A stretch of 64,000 nt of DNA. Origin: Eledone cirrhosa (lineage: Eukaryota). Location: positions 84,506,001 through 84,570,000 of the forward strand of contig OZ024747.1 in the NCBI GenBank assembly GCA_964016885.1, written 5' to 3'. The first letter of the stretch is position 1; the number at the start of each line of letters is the position of its first letter. Shown one piece after another: positions 62,669-64,000 of the stretch. The notes below the pieces were generated by a model. That model was given only the letters and a program-made list of their open reading frames with translations, was not told the origin of the DNA and ran no database searches. Made by a program: the position numbers and the translations under genes.

Positions 62669-64000
62669 CTTTAAAGGAATATTAAATTCACCCCAGTACC
62701 TGACTGGTATTTCATTTTATAGACACCTGGTTGTGCGAAAGGCAAAGTTAACTTCTGCTACATTTGAATGATTTGTCTACTAAATAAGTTCAAGGGACCC
62801 ATTAACAATAGGTTAGAAACGACTGCTCTAACTTTTTTTTTAGGAGGAAGTAGTAGTTTGCTTAAAGAGCAAAGATCAAGTCCAGTCCATAAGTTGCTCT
62901 TTAAACTCTGCTGTTGGTGATCGAACTTTGTGGAGAAGAATATCTCATGTTGATGCACAGTCTGCAACTGGCGAAGTTTAGTGTCACAAGAAGAAGAAGA
63001 AATAGTTTACTTGAAGCATTGTGTATGGTATAAAAAAATATGAAGTTTGAAGGCCACAACAATGTGAAATGAATGAACAAGAAAATAAGATGAAACAAGA
63101 TGTTATGTGTTACTTTATTTATTTATCTGTCCTGATATTTCGAGATAAAATCTCTTCTGGTTACATGTCACCAAGGGAAAGTGGGGAGGAAGTGAATGGC
63201 AGTGGATGACACTGGATCGTTTATCCCTTGCATTTCAATGGCACACTCTCAGATTTAGAAAAATTCAGTGATATGCTTATTTTGAACTCGCTTTAGATTT
63301 ATTATAAATTAAAGTGTTCACTCAGAATATTCTGGAGCTATCCTGACCACCAACATCAGGTGAAATACAGCATTTCTAAGGCATTTTAAAACCTGGCTGA
63401 GCCCATCTCCTCTCCAGGTCTGAACACAGCATATTTCTTCCAGAGAAGGATAGAAAGTGAAAGAGAGGAAGTGAGAAAGAAACATAGAAAAAGTATCGAC
63501 CCCAGTACTAGACTGGTACTTTTTTTATCGACTTCAAAAGGATGAAGTTAAGGTTGACCTTGGCAGAGAGCTGGAATAAATACCACAAAGCATTCTATCT
63601 GACGTTCTAACAATTCTGCCAATTCGCCGCCTTACAGTAATATTTTTATATATATTATTAGAGAACCTGACTTGGCTACTGATGCCAATGATGGTTTGAA
63701 CTGTTGAAAATATGGTCAGCTCCGACTCAGTCAAGTCCACAAACCTAGAAAAACATATTCATTTAACAAACATTGCCATTACCCTTGAGAAAGGCATGAA
63801 CATCCTATACTCTATATTTCTAAGCAATTAATCACTATATGCCAACGTGATGGAGATAATTAAGACAATAGATCATCTGACTTATAAAAGCTGGATGAAA
63901 TGTCAGAACAGTACAGCACTTATTCCATTTTCAAAACTTGACATTTTAAACCACAACCACTTGTTTCCTGAATGTAACAGACGGCCACAACAATTAACTC

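Overview
AT-rich, intron-rich animal genomic DNA. The repeats (RTE LINEs with (GAT)n tails, tRNA-derived SINEs, TTAA-flanked MITEs, dense microsatellites) look cephalopod/octopus-like, but that assignment is inference. Reading splice sites by hand gives a cluster of three divergent collagen-type prolyl 4-hydroxylase alpha-subunit (P4HA-like) genes. Gene 1 (+, 5499-18171, 14 coding exons, ~544 aa) and gene 2 (+, 19674-36634, 13 exons, ~547 aa) keep the HxD...H iron triad and the 2-oxoglutarate Lys. Gene 3 (-, 57969-38209, 13-14 exons, ~542-553 aa) has an open reading frame, canonical splice sites and all four structural Cys. It has lost HxD, the distal His and the Lys, so it is a probable P4H pseudoenzyme, and it best preserves the TPR peptide-binding motif. 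Other highlights: a type I hammerhead ribozyme (1952-2023) in a (TA)n-flanked element; a stack of three Tx1/L1-clade retrotransposon 3' ends, each bounded by (GATA)n (60036-62526); and two inverted ~2.6-kb RTE LINEs with a PHD-like finger inside the RT, which bracket exons of gene 3. Most short ORFs in the supplied track are microsatellite or TE artefacts.
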